A DNA stretch of 64,000 nucleotides from Octopus sinensis (Eukaryota): the NCBI RefSeq assembly GCF_006345805.1, contig NC_043004.1:54622001-54686000 (forward strand). The letters run 5' to 3'. How positions within the stretch are numbered: position 1 is the stretch's first letter; every line of letters begins with the position of its first letter. Shown in pieces: positions 39,081 to 52,839 of the stretch. Both the position numbers and the translations under genes were made by a program. Under the pieces are notes generated by a model. It was not told the origin of the DNA. It saw only the letters and a list, made by a program, of their open reading frames with translations, and searched no databases.

Positions 39081-39399
39081 GCAGTCAGACCCGCAGGTGT
39101 CGCCACTGACGTCTCTGTTCGAAGGTTATAATGGATACAGATCGTGTATCAATAGCTATCTTGATGTCGGTGGCCTCATGGAGCTGACCAGCGGCAGCTA
39201 TTATTCTTATATCTATAGAATGCCATATAATATGGCGATAACAATTAATTTCCAGTAAACGCTGCCGTAATCTCTTTTATAGAGACTTAGTAATTTTAAT
39301 ATTTCTATTATTGAAAACCAGTGGATGTATTCCACTGAAACTAGGTAAATAGAACCTTCGAACAGAGACGTCAGTGGCGACACCTGCGGGTCTGACTGC

Positions 39400-39441
39400 G
39401 CTACATTGACAAGGGGCAATACCCCGAAACGCGTCTGTAGC
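39400..39441 (+). ncRNA. Type I hammerhead ribozyme, U3-A8 variant
   Basis: GCTACA-TTGACAA-GGGG CAATA CCCC-GAAA-CGCG-TC-TGTAGC; predicted cut after C39435. Confidence 0.72.
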
Positions 39442-39693
39442 TGTCGGACTGGCAGTGTGAAGCGGCTGACCTCCCTTGTTTGAAGGTTATAATGGATACA
39501 GATCGTGTATCAATAGCTATCTTGATGGCGGTGGCTCATGGAGGCCAACGGCAGCGATTATTCTTATATCTATAAGAATGCCATATTAATATGACGATAA
39601 CAATTAATTTCCAGTAAACGCTGCCGTAATCTCTTTTATAGAGACTTAGTAATTTTAATATTTATTATATATATATATATATAATATATATTA

Positions 39694-39738
<45 letters not shown>

Positions 39739-40566
39739 TATATATATATACTGCAGTATCCGTCCAAAGATAGGATCTTTTATGGATATACATTGTTTAA
39801 AACATATAGTCCAAGAAGCAGTTAGTGAAAACACCACATGCATATCTGTTTCATTGGGCATTGCGAATAGCGCGTACTCTCACGCAGCCGCGTAGTCAGA
39901 CGAAATTTGTTGCCACTGCTATATAGGCCATCAGTGAATAAACTGTCACTGCTGTTGTGGATAAAAATCAGTGATATGCAACAGAAGCAGAATTGGATTA
40001 AAAGAGCCATCTCAGTATTATACTCAATATAAATACACTGTGTAAGGCAAATTTACTGAGCTATTCATCTGGAGATAATATCTCTGATGGACGTACTACA
40101 ACTTTCTGTCACTCACTCACCCTCTCTCGCGCGCTCTCTCTCGCTCTCTCGCTCTCTCTCGCTTACTCCTTGCCTCTTTCTGTCTCCATCTCTTCTCTTC
40201 GTTTACCGTTTCTTAATTCCTTTCAACACTTGAAGAGCTTTTCTTGCTATGAGGCATTGGTTCCTCTCTATCATCTATGTCCAATTCTAAATTATTTCTC
40301 AGTCATTCCTGTCTCTGACTTAACCCTCTCACTCTCTCTCTCTCTCTCTCTTTCTTTCTCTTTCTATCTCTCTCTTTCTCCCGCTCTCATCTCTCTCTCT
40401 CTCTCTGCTTTTCTTTCCCCCGCCAAATCATACTCGCATCGTTTCGCTCCTCCACTTTAGTTACTCCGCCATGTAATTTGTCCACAAACCAGACCTCTTT
40501 TGTCTCTCCCTTTCTTTCTCTACTTCTCTTCTTCACTCACAGACGCAGGGACAGAGAATGAGATAG

Positions 40567-40639
<73 letters not shown>

Positions 40640-40642
40640 CTC

Positions 40643-40680
<38 letters not shown>

Positions 40681-42386
40681 GACGGACGTCTTTCAGTTTC
40701 TGTCTAGCAAATCCACTAACAGAGCTTTGGTCGGCCGGGACTTTAGTAGAAGGCATTTGCCAAAGGTCCTGCTCAGTGGTATTGAACCCAAGTCTACATG
40801 TTTGGGAAGTAAGCTTCTTAAGCACACAACTAACTAGACTAAGTATGTATGTATGTATGTATGTATGTATGTATGTATGTATGTATGTATGTATGTATGT
40901 ATGTATGTATAATTTATCGTACATAGACACCCAAACAAACTTTATAATATGGACTTATGTGCAAGGTGACACTTCTTGATATACATAAATATATATGTAA
41001 TATCTTATGGGGAGAAATTTGCTTATAAATATATATATTGGTTTCAAGTTTTTGCACAGGTCCAGAAATTTGGGGGAAAAGAGTAAGTCGATTACATCGA
41101 CTTTAGAGCTCAAATAGTACTTATTTTATTGGCCCCCAAATAGACGAAAAGCAAAGTTAACCCGGGTGGCATTTGAGCTCGAACGTAAGTCGGACGAAAT
41201 TCTGCTACGGATTTTTTCAGGCACGGTAACGATATCGTCAGCTCTCCGCCATATACTTTTTTAAGAATTTATTTCAAGGACGAGGTAATCTATATTTTTT
41301 TTTTTAACAAGATAAATTATCCTTTCTTAAATTCTTTTACTCTTTTACTTGTTGCTTCAGTCATTGACTGCAGATATCCTAGGGGAACTCCTTGGAGGAT
41401 TTAGTTGAACATATTCACCTTAATACTTATTCTTTTTAAGTCTGGTACTTATTGTGTCGGTCTTTTTTGCCAAAAAGCTAAGTTGTGTGGGCATAAGGAA
41501 CCCAAAATCTGATGTGTATCGGTATGAAGATCAAACATAATAACAAGCACTCACGCCCGCACGCACACAAATATCTATATACATGTATATATGACAGGCT
41601 TCTATATAGTTTCCGTCTACCAGATTCACTGACTAAGCATTGGTCGGTCCCTGACTATAGTAGAAGATACTTGCCCTGCTCAAGGCGCCGTGTGGTGGGA
41701 CTGAACTGGAAACTACGGCTTAGTGTTTCTTGATTTTTGGATGATTGAAATTTAAAATACAATCGAAACAAAATTGTTTTGTTTTGTTTTTGTTTTGTTT
41801 TTGCTTTGCTGTATTGGGTTTTTTTTTTTTTGAGGCGTAGTTTCGGAGGGATAAAAAGTTATTTTGAATATATCAGATTCTAGTGAGACTCGAACCTGTT
41901 GGTCCTTCCTGAGTAGTCTTTTACTTCCTAAACTGTCTCATATTATCACTGTAAACTTGCATACAGTATTACAGCAAATCCTGTCTTGTTTCGAATCCTA
42001 TACTTTTGTATTTGAAAATACACACATGTAGTCATATATCTATATATAGGGAAAAACACTTCATCCACACATACATGAATACATACATACATTTTATATA
42101 TATATATATACACATATAAATATATTTATATTAATTTATGTGCGTACGTATATACATGCATACATACATACATACACTCCCGAACAAACGTTTTAAAATA
42201 GATTCATATGCAAACAAGAGTTCCTTATATACATATATGTAATACCCAGAAGATACAAAGAGATACACTTATATAAATATTAATTTCTTCTATAGACACA
42301 AGGGTCCCACTTATATACATATCAAAAACACTCTTAGATACGCTTACCGAAGAAAAGAGGAAGAAATTCTTGCTATAATGTATATA

Positions 42387-42443
<57 letters not shown>

Positions 42444-43819
42444 ATATATCAAGTTATATATATGTATATATACATATATGTGTGTGTATGTATGTATGTA
42501 TGTATGCTTGTATGTATTTATGTAACCTTATATCCCGTTTCATATGCTGATTCACAAATAATGGAAGACTCATCTATTGTTAAACATTTCTTCTGCAATG
42601 ATTTGTATGCTCTAACGTTCAGTTGTTACCATTTCTTTACGCTAGATTTATTGAAGTCTATCTCCTGTAATGTCTATTAAATTTGAATGAATTCTATACA
42701 GATTTACAACCTCTTCAATACACCTCAATTTTTGTTGAACATCAGCGCACATTTATTAATATTTTACGCTCTAAACTTATAGCTACATTATTGTAGTCGT
42801 TCAGAAAAAGGTAGGAAGCCATATTGATTTTTACCCTCTTCTTATACTTTTCACTTTCAAGTCACGTTTGTTTTCGTAATTTTTTTATGAGGTTAAGCAT
42901 TTTATATTTTTATTTACCTATTAATGATATTTTATTCATAGTACACCATCTATTCAAATTGAAATTTAAAAGAAAAATGACTATATATTATCTGTGTTAT
43001 ATCACATCACTTTAGAAATTATCGTTCGACCAGCAGGTTATTTGATAATAGTTTTTTTATATATTTCATGTATAGAATTTTGTGCTAATATTAAACACCA
43101 CCTGTTTCTAAATATCTCTCTGCGTCTGACCCATAAATCACACCAACAGGAAATAATTTTGCTTTTTTTTCTTTGTTTGTTGTTTTCATATTATTCCTTG
43201 TATTTATTTAAGACCAACAGTGTTTTGTGGAAACAACTAATTCTGTCAGACATTATTTTTATTTCGGCAGAATACTTTAATAGATTGCCTACAAACTATC
43301 AAGTTTAACTTTAGTTAAAGGTCAGAATGCATATTCAGTTACGTTATTGCTAGAGCTGAGACTAAAATGAAACCAAAGAACTATCTTTGGAGAAAAGTGT
43401 ACAATAAAGAAGTGGTGACATTATACTATATTTACAATATTTTACTTTCTCAAAATTCTTCATTTAGTTTGACTGAGCAGTTGGCACTAGACTTAAACGT
43501 TTCAGTTATACATACTTAGGAAATAACCTTACAGCATCATGCAATGAGAAATTGAGTTGTCGACAGAAAATATCAATAAGCAAGATGAAGTGTTTCAGAA
43601 ATCCTTCCAGATTCAACGTTTTTCAGAAGCATTTCAATAGAGAACGTACAGAGTGCAACCGGCTCAAACCATGATAGTGTCTGAGAAAGCAACCGTAAAA
43701 CCGTAGCTACCTAAAGATACTGTTATCACATGTCTAACTTCGCTAACTGCACACCAATAACTATAAAATATCGCAAGTTTTTTTCTGTACATATATTTTC
43801 TAATAAACACCTTATTATA

Positions 43820-44070
43820 TTATATCCGCAGCCAGTCGTCACGTCTATGACTGTTCACAGCTTTGACATGATTTGATATGCTTTTTCCAAACTGGTCGGT
43901 TTTTCGCTTGGGTTTGCCACGTATTACGATTAATTGCTTTCCACTTCGTGATCCTTTTTGCAGTATCTTTGACTCTTCCCTTTTGCAAAGTGGGTAACTA
44001 ATGATCTGTCTGAGGAACCTCTTGCTGTCAATCCTGTGTACGTGACCCAAACAGTGTAAATGTTTATATC
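43820..44070 (-). mobile_element. Possible RTE-like LINE C-terminal remnant
   Basis: (L)GHVHRIDSKRFLRQII resembles the RTE GHVxRMxxxRxPKQ motif; heavily decayed. Confidence 0.4.
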
Positions 44071-44106
44071 AATGAGGATTTCCATCATACTATATAGTGT
44101 CTTATT

Positions 44107-44490
44107 AGTGGAGGCGCAATGGCCCAGTGGTTAGGGCAGCGGACTCGCGGTCATAGGATCGCGGTTTCGATTCCCAGACCGGGCGTTGTGAGGTTTATTG
44201 AGCGAAAACACCTAAAGCTCCACGAGGCTCCGGCAGGGATGGGGTGATCCCTGCTGTACTCTTTCACACACAACTTTCTCTCACTCTACTTCCTGTTTTT
44301 GTTATACCTGTATTTGAAAGGGCCGGCCTTGTCACTCTCTGTGTCACGCTGAATATCCCCGAGAACTACGTTATGGGTACACGTGTCTGTGGAGTGCTCA
44401 GCCACTTACACGTTAATTTCACGAGCAGGCTGTTCCGTTGATTCGGATCAACCGGAACCCTCGTCGTCGTAACCGACGGAGTGCTTCCCC
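44107..44490 (+). mobile_element. Young tRNA-derived SINE with a 13-bp TSD
   Basis: A box TGGCCCAGTGG, B box GTTTCGATTCCC; TSD ATAGTGTCTTATT at 44094-44106 and 44491-44503; highly similar to 54657-55038. Confidence 0.88.
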
Positions 44491-45140
44491 ATAGTGTCTT
44501 ATTTACCATAGTAAACTGTGGGGTGATGTAGCCTACCAAAATACAGTGGGTGGATATGGTAGGTTTACCATACGAGCTATAACTTAAAAGAGGTGGCAGT
44601 ATGTTTAATAAGGTGCAATGGCTAGATATGGTGTTGTAACTGAATAAACAGTGGCATAACGAAGTGAACAGTTCTGTGATGAATGAAGCAAAGCAGAAAT
44701 GCTGTACATCATCACAAACAATATAGAAGTGGAACGTGGAACGTGGAATATGGCGTAGAGTGTTAGTTTCCCAATGTAATCTTGGAGTAATTATGACTGA
44801 AGGAACATTTGTGATGATAATAAGAAAGAATTGGTGATGGAAGGAGATGAATCAGAATGATGAGACATAAAGTAATAGGTTTATGGTGTTTGTTCTGCTT
44901 CATTAGAACTATTCATAAGATACTAGCAAACTAATATGAAGCTTACAAAAGCACAGTTATTAACTCATTCTTCACACATTCATATATATATGTATATATA
45001 TATGTGTGTGTGTATGCACCCACAAACACACACACACACACACACACCCACACATATATATATATATGTGTGTGTGTGTGTATGCACCCCCCACCACACA
45101 CACCACACACACATATATATATAATATATATATATACATA

Positions 45141-45184
<44 letters not shown>

Positions 45185-47320
45185 TATATATATATACTTA
45201 TATAAATATATAAATATTCGCCCGACTATATGTGTATATACATATATATATGTAATATATATGTGTTGTGTGTGTTGTTTATATGTATGTGTATACACAC
45301 ACACACACACACACACGCACACACAACGTATGCAGACATCAGGACACAATGACATACTAACAAAAAGCTATTCAATCAAGCAAAGATAAGGAAACTTTCT
45401 AAGCTTTCTACTGCCACGTATGGAAACTAGAATCAATATTTTCCAAGAATAAGTTCCATTGGCTTGTTATTACAGAAATACAGAAATCACAGAGTACCAA
45501 ACCAACGGACATGCAATATTAAATCTTATCCCTTTACGTTTTTCAGTTCAAAGACGCTGGTGGCAACTTTCTCCTTCATTTTATCGAGATTGCTGAGTTC
45601 AAATTCCACCGAGACCTAATTTCTCTTTCATCTTTTCGGGATTGATAAAATAAGGTACCTGTTAAGCGCTGAAGTAGATGAAAGCGAGAAGCCCCCTCCT
45701 CTAAAATTTCAGGCTTTATGCCTATACCAGAAAGAGTTATGTTGAGCCTGCAGGGCGGCGAGCAGGTAGAAGCGTTAGCACACCGGACGAAATTCTTAGC
45801 GGCATTTCTTCCAGCTTTACATTCTGAGTTCAAATTCTGCCTTGGTTGACTTTGTCTTTCATCCTTCTGGAATCGATTAGATAAGTACCAATTGACCGAC
45901 GAAATCAACTGACTTCGTGCCTAGAGTTGAGAGAATTATACCTAGACTGCTAAGTTTCCAGGTACTGCAACTGCTCATATGCTAGTTAACTCATAGCTCG
46001 GACTCTGACAGGTGTATTACTCCAGGTCAGAGTATATATGTAAACAATGGCGGCTAAGACGTCGTTCCACACTAATCACACCCTGGCACTCTCATACCAC
46101 AGTCCCACCATCGTGTGCATTTTAAAGTCATAACCAGGACATACTCTCGGTTGTTGTCAGGGTATACTGTTAAACCAACGGGCGTGAGGGATACCTAGTT
46201 GTTCTAACAGCATCCTTCTAGGAAACAGAGACATTGCTGTTTCACGAGATTAATGGGTTGCCATGCTTCGGTCTATCATTAAATTCTAATCCCAGAAACT
46301 CAGAGAGGAGTAGTTGTGTTGTAAATGTGTTTGTCGTTATGGCCCAATGATGTACAGATGTCTCTTTAAGGTGACCTTATTTGTCATTCTGCCTACTGAA
46401 AGTCTTATAGTGATGGGAAAGTGGTGAAGTATGCAGACCTAAGCAGTTGGAAGCTCGCAGTCAGTTACAATTTTCGTCTGTCAGCTATGCTCCAAAGCGT
46501 GCGGGATTGGATAGTCATCAGAGATCTTATAGACAGAAAGCCAGAAATGTCATTGACAACGAGGAAGCACAAGGAGACGACAATCATCTGTGTATTTGGA
46601 GCCATTACCATATATATATATAAGTATATGTTACTGTGTGTATGCGAGAATGTATGTACACACACACACAAACACACAAACACAAGCATGTGGAGGCTAC
46701 AAGCATGGGAAGGTAAGTGATATAGTATTTAGGAAAAGCTAGCATCATGATCGTAAGGACTTCGGCACGATTTCTGACTCGGGCAGCGCATTAGCTTATC
46801 CTTGGGCAGCGTACTTCAATACACATTGTTCCAGTCCCTGTTCTGTAAACAGCTTACCAGAAACAGCTTGGGGTTTCGCTCTCTGTGCGGTGGCGTGGCA
46901 TCTAGCTCTAGAAGGGTATCATTTACCCTCACTTATTCATACTTCTCCGGAACCGGAACCAGTTCGACCTTCTGCCAACTGAACTGGGACGCACGTCACA
47001 AATGCCAACTTCATGCGTGTGTGTTCATGTGCTTATGTATGTGTGTGTTTATACATGTAAGTATGCACGTATGCACGTATGCATGCATATATGTATTTTT
47101 AATTCACGATGGCCAGAAGGTATTGGACGATATGTGCAAGAATCTAATGAAATTCTAGCGGTAATATTTAGGAACTCTTAAAGAATGACTTAGATAATTA
47201 AATATTCATGATTCGGTGGAAGAATGTCATCTTTTTAAGCAAGGAAGATGACAACTACTGATGTGTCTTGGGATTATTGGATCTCGTCAACGAAACAAAG
47301 TCTTCAGTAGCCTTCTCAGA

Positions 47321-47354
<34 letters not shown>

Positions 47355-47645
47355 TGCGCGCGTGCATGTGTGTGTGTTTAGGTATCTGTATATGTATCTG
47401 TATGTTTACATGATGCATATATATAAATCTATATACTTTTTTTCTGAATTTGTGTAAATGTCTATAAAATAATATATCAGTAGAATAAAGTTTCAACATG
47501 GTCTGTTTTTCACGCTTTTTTTACAATGTCTAATTGTGTTAAACATTAAAAAAATATTTTGTAATGTTCATTAAGTTCAATTAGCGCTTTCATACGTCGC
47601 AGTAATTATCAGATTTCAAAATTTATTAACTGACAATTAAGTTGA

Positions 47646-47734
<89 letters not shown>

Positions 47735-47945
47735 TAAATAATAAATATAAGGGTAGCAAAAAATTCTCGCTACCAGCGGTCCAGCGAGGAAGAAAAGATA
47801 GTCAAAGACTATATAATTTACATTCAAAAATATAAGGAATGGCCATAATAGGACATTCGACTCACTAGAAAGAGCAGCCAAACTCAAACCGCCAATAGTT
47901 GTAATTCTGAAATTGAAAGAGAAATAAAAACGTTTACCGCTTTCA

Positions 47946-48041
47946 TCTCTGGACTATGCATAGTTTCGGCAAACTTTGGTAAACAAATTAATTAAATTTA
48001 AATTAAATTTATTTACAACTGGTGTGCCTCGTCAGCAGAGA
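47946..48041 (-). ncRNA. Type I hammerhead ribozyme (canonical core)
   Basis: Reverse complement of the 48356-48450 fold. Confidence 0.78.
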
Positions 48042-48355
48042 AGCCAAGGACGAGTATATATCCACGAGGCAATGGTAAGGAAGCCTCCAGTCTATATGCT
48101 ATAAATTTTCAAAATTCTACCGCAATCGCGCGGTCTTCTCAGCAGCAAATATAAACTGCTGATTTAATTTCAAAATTAGTCAAAAAATCATTAATTAATA
48201 AATATAAAGGTAGCAAAAATTCTAGAAAAAATTCTCCGCTACCAGCGGTCCAGCGAGAAAGATAAGATAGATTGCGGTAGAATTTTGAAAATTTATATAA
48301 TATAGACTGGAGGCTTCCTTATCACCGCCTCGTGGATATATACTCGTCCTTGGAT

Positions 48356-48450
48356 TCTCTGCTGACGAGGCACGCCAGTTGTAAATAAAGTTAATTTAAT
48401 TTAATTAATTTGTTTACCAAAGTTTGCCGAAACTATGCATAGTCCAGAGA
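48356..48450 (+). ncRNA. Type I hammerhead ribozyme (canonical core)
   Basis: TCTCTG-CTGACGA-GGCA...TGCC-GAAA-CTATGCATAG-TC-CAGAGA; predicted cut after C48444. Confidence 0.78.
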
Positions 48451-48844
48451 TGAAAGGGATAAACGTTTTTATTTCTCTTTCAATTTCAGAATTACAACTA
48501 TTGGCGGTTTGAGTTTGGCTGCTCTTTCTAGAGAGTCGAATGTCCTATTATGGCCATTCCTTATATTTTTGAATATATATATATATATTATATATATATA
48601 CGGCGGGCTTCCTTCAGTTTCCGTCTACCAAATCTACTCACAAGTCTTTGGTCGGCCCTAGGCTATAGTAGAAGACACTTGCCAAAGTTGCCACGCAGTG
48701 GAACTGAACCCAGAACCATGTGGTTGGTAAGCAAGCTACTTACTACACAGCCATTCTTGCGTCTAGTAATCATGTGGGCTTTTTTTTTAATTTTTCACTC
48801 TGTTTCTATGACGTTCTGTAGGTATCTCTTTTGCTCGTTGTATG

Positions 48845-49200
48845 CTATTTTCTATAAGTAAGGGAAGGTATTTTTGCTTGAGCAGAAATGCTTTGAGTTC
48901 TTTAAGCCGTACGTTCCTGGTAACTGGATCATCTACTATAGCACAAATTTTGTTGGCTAGACAGTACGGGATGATGCGTTTTGTGTCTGTTGGGTGGCGT
49001 GGTTTGAAATTGGTGTGTATCTGGGCTTTTGAAATAAATATCAGTTTTGATTGTGGTGTTGTTTTTAATTACCGTTATGTCAAGAAACGTTGTGTTGCTC
49101 ATTTCACTTGTGAATTTGAGACTAGGGTGCAGATTGTTGCGGAGGGTGCAGATTGATGCGGAGGGTGCTGAATGCTTCCAGATTTTCTAGGAATTTGATT
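48845..49200 (-). pseudogene. PLE reverse transcriptase fragment
   Basis: LHPSLKFTSEMSNTTFLDITVIK...KTDIYFKSPDTHQ...YCLANKICAIVDD...RLKELKAFLLKQKY. Confidence 0.7.
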
Positions 49201-50554
49201 CAAATTTGAAAGCAATCCTCGAGCTATCTTTTCCATGTCACCTCTATATATCTTCTGAAGGTCATACCGAGGTTTTCTTCAAAGGAAGGAGTCATTTTAC
49301 TACAGTTGTCAAGCACTCAACTGTCAGCTAATAAATTTTGAAATATGATAATTACTACGAACGTATGAAAGCGCTAATTGAACTTTATGAACATCACAAA
49401 ATATTTTTTAACGTTTAACATACTTCAACATTGAAAACAATTTTTTTTAAATTACAATACAATAATAAAAAAACGTGAAAATCATGTCGTAACTTTATTC
49501 AACTGATTAACCGCTAACTCCAAAAGTTTTTCCATTCTCTTTCTGTTTATTTGCTCCTGTTCCTTTTTATTGAAGAGGTATGCTCGAAACATAAAAGACT
49601 TTCTCACTTTCCCGAGCGTCAAATTAATACACCTGCTTGTTGTTTATACACCTGTCTTTGTCTTTTGTTTTTCTATAAATTTCAACTATGTTTGTGTTTG
49701 CGTGTGTGTGTATACATTTATGTGATTTTTACCTTAATTAATGGAACGCAACGTACCTTTGACTTTGTTTACAGTGAGTAATTTTATATATTCGTAGGAC
49801 ATTTTCTTCCTATTACTCTTCTTCTTTCGTTCCCCTATTTCCTTCTTTTTTCTCTCTCTCTCTCTCTCTGTCTCTTTCTCTTTCTCTCTCACTCTCTCTC
49901 TCTCTCTCTCTTTCTTGTCTTCCCTCCCTGCCCACTGTGTCTATCTGTGCCTTCTACTTTTCTCCTTCCTACTTATGACGCGTGACCCAGGGTCATCTTG
50001 CTGTCTTTTTTTCTCTTTCTCCTTCCTTTTCATGCCGACCAGTGAAGCAACCGGTCGTATATTCCATGGTATCCTATTTCAACCTGTTTCACTGCCTCCT
50101 GTGCTCCTGTTTCTAAGGTTTTAGAATTTTCTAGCGAGCGTTATCCACATTTTCGTCTCTGTCTGGCCTTGAGGCTGTATTCTGTTTATTTATTGTGTCC
50201 TTGTCCTTTCGGCCGTTCAGTAATGGTCCAATCTTGAATCACGTTTATTCTACTATTTTGCTACATGACGATGCCTTTATTGTCTGTTCATTCTTGTTAT
50301 AGTTTGGTCCCATTTCTCAGCACCTTTTTTATTGCAGACGCCAATAGAAAAAAAAACGATATTATCGTAAAAGAAACGAAGTTGCGTTTAATACTCTGGC
50401 CAAAAACTGGTGAGGAGTTGGTGACGTCTGTGTCTGTTTTCCGTTTGGTTGTGCATTTATTATATGTTTTTACCTTATTAATACAACGTTACGTACCCTA
50501 GATTTATTTACAGTAAGTAATTTTATACACACACACGCATATATATATGTGTAT

Positions 50555-50645
<91 letters not shown>

Positions 50646-50646
<1 letters not shown>

Positions 50647-50687
50647 TGTTTCTTTATTAGCCACAGAGGGCTGCACACAGATAGAAC

Positions 50688-50690
<3 letters not shown>
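50646..50690 (-). mobile_element. 45-bp extreme 3' stub of the Tx1-like LINE inside an (AGAT)n tract
   Basis: ATGTTTCTTTATTAGCCACAGAGGGCTGCACACAGATAGAACAAA with pure AGAT on both sides. Confidence 0.88.
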
Positions 50691-50778
<88 letters not shown>

Positions 50779-51655
50779 CATAGATACATAGATAGACAGA
50801 CTGATTCATTCATTTATTCATCCATTGGCTGATTGAATGATTGATTGATTGACTGATTGATTGATTGATTGATAAGTAGAGAGAGATAGGGGTGAGAGAA
50901 AATGCGTTAGGTTGATAGCTAGACATATACATAGATATTTATATTTACATTTATTTATACATACATTTATCTAGGTTCGTGCATAAATGTGTATCTGTGT
51001 GTTAGAGAGAGATGTACATACACGTGCTTTGTCATAAGTAAATATTCATATCTTACCCATATACACGCATATATATATATATAAATTTATACAATCATAC
51101 ATATATACGGGCATGCATACACGCACACGCATACATACATAAATTTGTAGATGCGTATATGTTTGCGTGAATATACATGTATGTGTGTGTGTTTGTTTAA
51201 CGTGGTATACTTTTATTAAATCAATGATTTATGACAAAGTGGCAGGTTTTTCACAAATCATAATTATAAACTACAGAACAACAACAAAAAAGTACGTTTC
51301 ATAATTTATTGAAGAAGATTGAAATCGAAGGTTATTATTAAATCTTTCAAAACTGTAATTATGGAAGTGAATAGTTAGACAGATGATAACGACGACAGCA
51401 AGGAGGCTGCTTTATTTGTACACCAACTTTTCCTAATTGCACACAAAATTCTTCACGTAATCATCTGTTTGCTGATTGAAATAAAACGCAACTTTACAGA
51501 TGAAATTATAATTCCAGGCAGATTTCCAGTGATTATATATATATGCTGGGTGAATTGTTACGTCCGTTCGGTATGAAACTGAAAACGTACTGTTCAATAG
51601 GTGTGTGTGAGTGTGTACGTGTGTGTGCCTGCGTGTGTGAATATGTATATGTAGT

Positions 51656-51697
<42 letters not shown>

Positions 51698-52228
51698 TTG
51701 ATTATATATATAGCATATTATCTATATATATATGTGTGTACCTATACGTATGTATATATAATATACATAAATATCTAATGATATATGATATTCATATACA
51801 CATATATATGCATAATGTATATATATATATATATGTATATATATGCATATGTTTGATGTACATACCCTCTACCTACCTACAAACTCGAATTCTACGACAA
51901 CCCTCAGCCGAACCCACACCACACCCGTGCATTCCCCATTCTCGCCTCCCCCACCTCCCAACAACATCACACCACACCACACTACACCATACAATATTAC
52001 ACATCACATCACAACACACCACCCACACACCTTCACACCTACACATACATATAAGCACACGTCCAGATCACCAGCCCTCTTGCACACGCACATACGTACT
52101 CTCTTATACGCACATGCACCTTCGTGTTAGGGGTCATCTTTACTTTGTTATCTCCCCTACTTTCCCTCTCGTGTGTGACCCTTCTGTCCGAGTCAGTCGT
52201 CATGATAGATCGTAAGCCACTACACACA

Positions 52229-52379
52229 TTTTTTCTCTCCTTGTTTTTTCTGTGTCCCTTTCTGTAGAAGAGCGTAGACTCGAAACGTAAAAGACTTTTT
52301 CTATTCCTGAGCGTTATACTAATACTTCTGTTTATTTTGTACACCACCTGTCTTCGTCTTTTGTGTTTTCGTAAACTCT

Positions 52380-52383
<4 letters not shown>
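52229..52383 (+). mobile_element. Short repeat family D
   Basis: CCCTTTCTGTAGAAGAGCGTAG(A/G)CTCGAAACGTAAAAGAC...GTAAACTCTCCC followed by (TA)n. Confidence 0.75.
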
Positions 52384-52428
<45 letters not shown>

Positions 52429-52540
52429 TAGATAGATAGATAGATAGATAGCAGATAGATAGATAGATAGCTAGATAGATAGATAGTAGATAGACAGACA
52501 GACAGACAGAAGACAGACAGACAGACAGATAGATAGATGA

Positions 52541-52580
<40 letters not shown>

Positions 52581-52603
52581 TAGATAGATAGATAGATAGA
52601 TAG

Positions 52604-52645
<42 letters not shown>

Positions 52646-52663
52646 GTGGTAGGTAGGTAGTAG

Positions 52664-52772
<109 letters not shown>

Positions 52773-52839
52773 TAGATATAGATATAAGAAATTAAAAAGG
52801 AAAATACGCACACTTTACATAGCTTTAATTTAATTTTTA

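Larger units (their letters stand above)
38869..39665. mobile_element. Family B composite: 1.5 tandem units plus an inverted partial unit
   Basis: 38869-39125 has the same orientation as 10260-10515; 39118-39665 is the reverse complement of the 10201-type tandem; (TA)n on both sides. Confidence 0.8.
47731..48574. mobile_element. Non-coding PLE-like repeat, family C: ~460-bp unit + partial direct repeat + ~305-bp inverted copy
   Basis: 47731-47790 repeats at ~48192-48270; 47822-48126 is inverted at 48271-48574; (TA)n on both sides. Confidence 0.82.

Noticed and set aside
44107-44190. tRNA gene
   Set aside because: It has A and B boxes but continues into a repeated SINE body bounded by TSDs.
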